A stretch of DNA of 64,000 nt, taken from NCBI GenBank assembly GCA_964417635.1, contig CAYQIY010000009.1, positions 24,675 through 88,674 of the forward strand, in the 5' to 3' direction. The notes below the pieces were generated by a model. That model worked only from the letters and a program-made list of their open reading frames with translations. It searched no databases and had not been told where the DNA came from. Positions 63,030-64,000 of this stretch are shown in pieces. A program made the translations under genes and the position numbers. This DNA is from an uncultured Pseudomonadota bacterium (lineage in GTDB: Bacteria > Bacillota > Sulfobacillia > JAUYEF01). Numbering within the stretch: position 1 is the stretch's first letter; each line of letters starts with the position of its first letter.

Positions 63030-64000
63030 ATCAGAATTGGTGGCTTCTGCCCACCTGAACACGACCTTGGTGAGAAGAGATAACGCAAGCAGAGGCACTG
63101 CTGCCGCATAGAACGCATAACCAAGCGACGCAAACTGCGCGATAACCCCGAACAGCAAAGGATTGATCACGAGCGCAAGGCCCCACATCGTCCCGGAAAA
63201 CGCTATGGCTAGCCCACGTTGCTCGGGTGGGGTGTTCTCAGATATGAGTATTACAGGCAGTATTTGAAGTGGGCTTGAACCAAAGCCGGTTACTGCCACG
63301 CACACAGCAAGCGGCAAGGCTTGGGTAAAGAAGGGCATCAGAAAGAAACCCGTGCCTGTGAGCAATAAGCCGAAAAACCAGCTGTACTGTTTCGGCCAAC
63401 GGTTGAACGTGACGGCATACGTGAGACTCCCAAGCAGAAGGAATAAACCTCTCAGTGAGACTATGCCACCGACGATTTGCGGCGACATTCCGAGTTGGCT
63501 TAAATATAGTGGCACAAGCGAGCTGAGCAATGCAAGCGGCACTGCGGCTGCGTATCTGGAAAGTCCGGCCAAAAGCACCGCTCTGGAGCGCACAACTCCA
63601 GCGAGTGTACTCAAGCCGTGAGTCTCTGCTTGTTGAGCTGTGGGATTTGACGCAGTCTGCAGTCGCAAGGCCAACAGTGCGGAGACGAGCCCGCCAGCAC
63701 CGATTGCCACAAATCCGGCAGCATAACCCATGCGCACTACGAGATACCCTGCTATAACAGGTCCAGCGATAAGACCTGCACTGCTTAAGGTATGGTAGAG
63801 ACCCATCGCTGCTCCGAGCATTTTTCCGGCATTCTTACTCATATAGGACTCCGCTGCCGGGTGATACGCTGTCCTAGACAGTCCTGTTAACGCCTGTGCC
63901 ATCACCAATGCAAGCAGTGTTCCTTTGACGTACAGCGGCACCGAAAACGCCATCAGCAGAGTTGACCCAATAAGAATAGCACGCTCTCCCCATTTGTCCG
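62991..64000 (-). CDS. MFS transporter; 5' end lies outside the window
   Basis: The reading frame stays open upstream of ATG 63953 to the window edge ('DKWGERAILIGSTLL'). Multiple TM helices. The 3' end overlaps yaiI-like by 39 nt. Confidence 0.75.
   Translation of the reverse strand, partial: DKWGERAILIGSTLLMAFSVPLYVKGTLLALVMAQALTGLSRTAYHPAAESYMSKNAGKMLGAAMGLYHTLSSAGLIAGPVIAGYLVVRMGYAAGFVAIGAGGLVSALLALRLQTASNPTAQQAETHGLSTLAGVVRSRAVLLAGLSRYAAAVPLALLSSLVPLYLSQLGMSPQIVGGIVSLRGLFLLLGSLTYAVTFNRWPKQYSWFFGLLLTGTGFFLMPFFTQALPLAVCVAVTGFGSSPLQILPVILISENTPPEQRGLAIAFSGTMWGLALVINPLLFGVIAQFASLGYAFYAAAVPLLALSLLTKVVFRWAEATNSDSAARLDAADDLF

Noticed and set aside
1-64000. CRISPR arrays, tRNA/rRNA genes, tandem repeats
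   Set aside because: Reading through all intergenic gaps, I saw no regularly spaced direct repeats, cloverleaf-like segments or rRNA-like sequence. The gaps are short and explained by promoters, hairpins or the decayed element. A covariance-model scan would be needed to be certain.

Overview
Densely coding 64-kb chromosomal window with about 65 plausible genes. The organism is a moderately GC-rich bacterium with strong GGAGG-type ribosome-binding sites, many GTG/TTG starts, ATGA/GTGA-coupled genes, lipoprotein signal peptides and a ytfI(DUF2953)-gerW/ytfJ pair. By inference this is most likely an anaerobic, spore-forming Bacillota-type organism. I recognised no rRNA, tRNA or CRISPR array.

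Main content:
(1) Many amide- and peptide-bond hydrolases: three D-aminoacylase paralogues, four M20 enzymes including a carbamoylase-type one, M28, M14, TldD/PmbA, two creatininase-family proteins, a DUF917 + hydantoin-racemase-type pair, CapA and a DSD1-type PLP enzyme. These are interleaved with two Opp/Dpp-type importer operons that carry a binding protein and two permeases but no ATPase genes.
(2) A metal/metalloid block with two tandem ArsR modules: arsR-acr3, and arsR-permease-thioredoxin-like. The second is extended by a MoaD-like protein and a 254-aa minimal [FeFe]-hydrogenase H-domain-like protein. I rate this the most unusual locus.
(3) A 57-aa protein with 10 Cys and 4 His and three internal repeats. 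It has its own sigmaA-like promoter, and its operator-like palindrome shares half-sites with the ars operators.
(4) A roughly 1.75-kb stretch with no intact ORF, bracketed by hairpins. It looks like a heavily frameshifted IS200/IS605-type tnpB remnant (low confidence).
(5) A persulfide-dioxygenase/rhodanese + split YeeE/YedE sulfur module, a tungsten-type aldehyde:ferredoxin oxidoreductase with a coupled MoaD-like gene, an FNR-like/hemerythrin module, an FMN-binding protein + ApbE pair, purA, and several regulators and transporters.

All functional calls come from motif recognition by eye. No database search was run.
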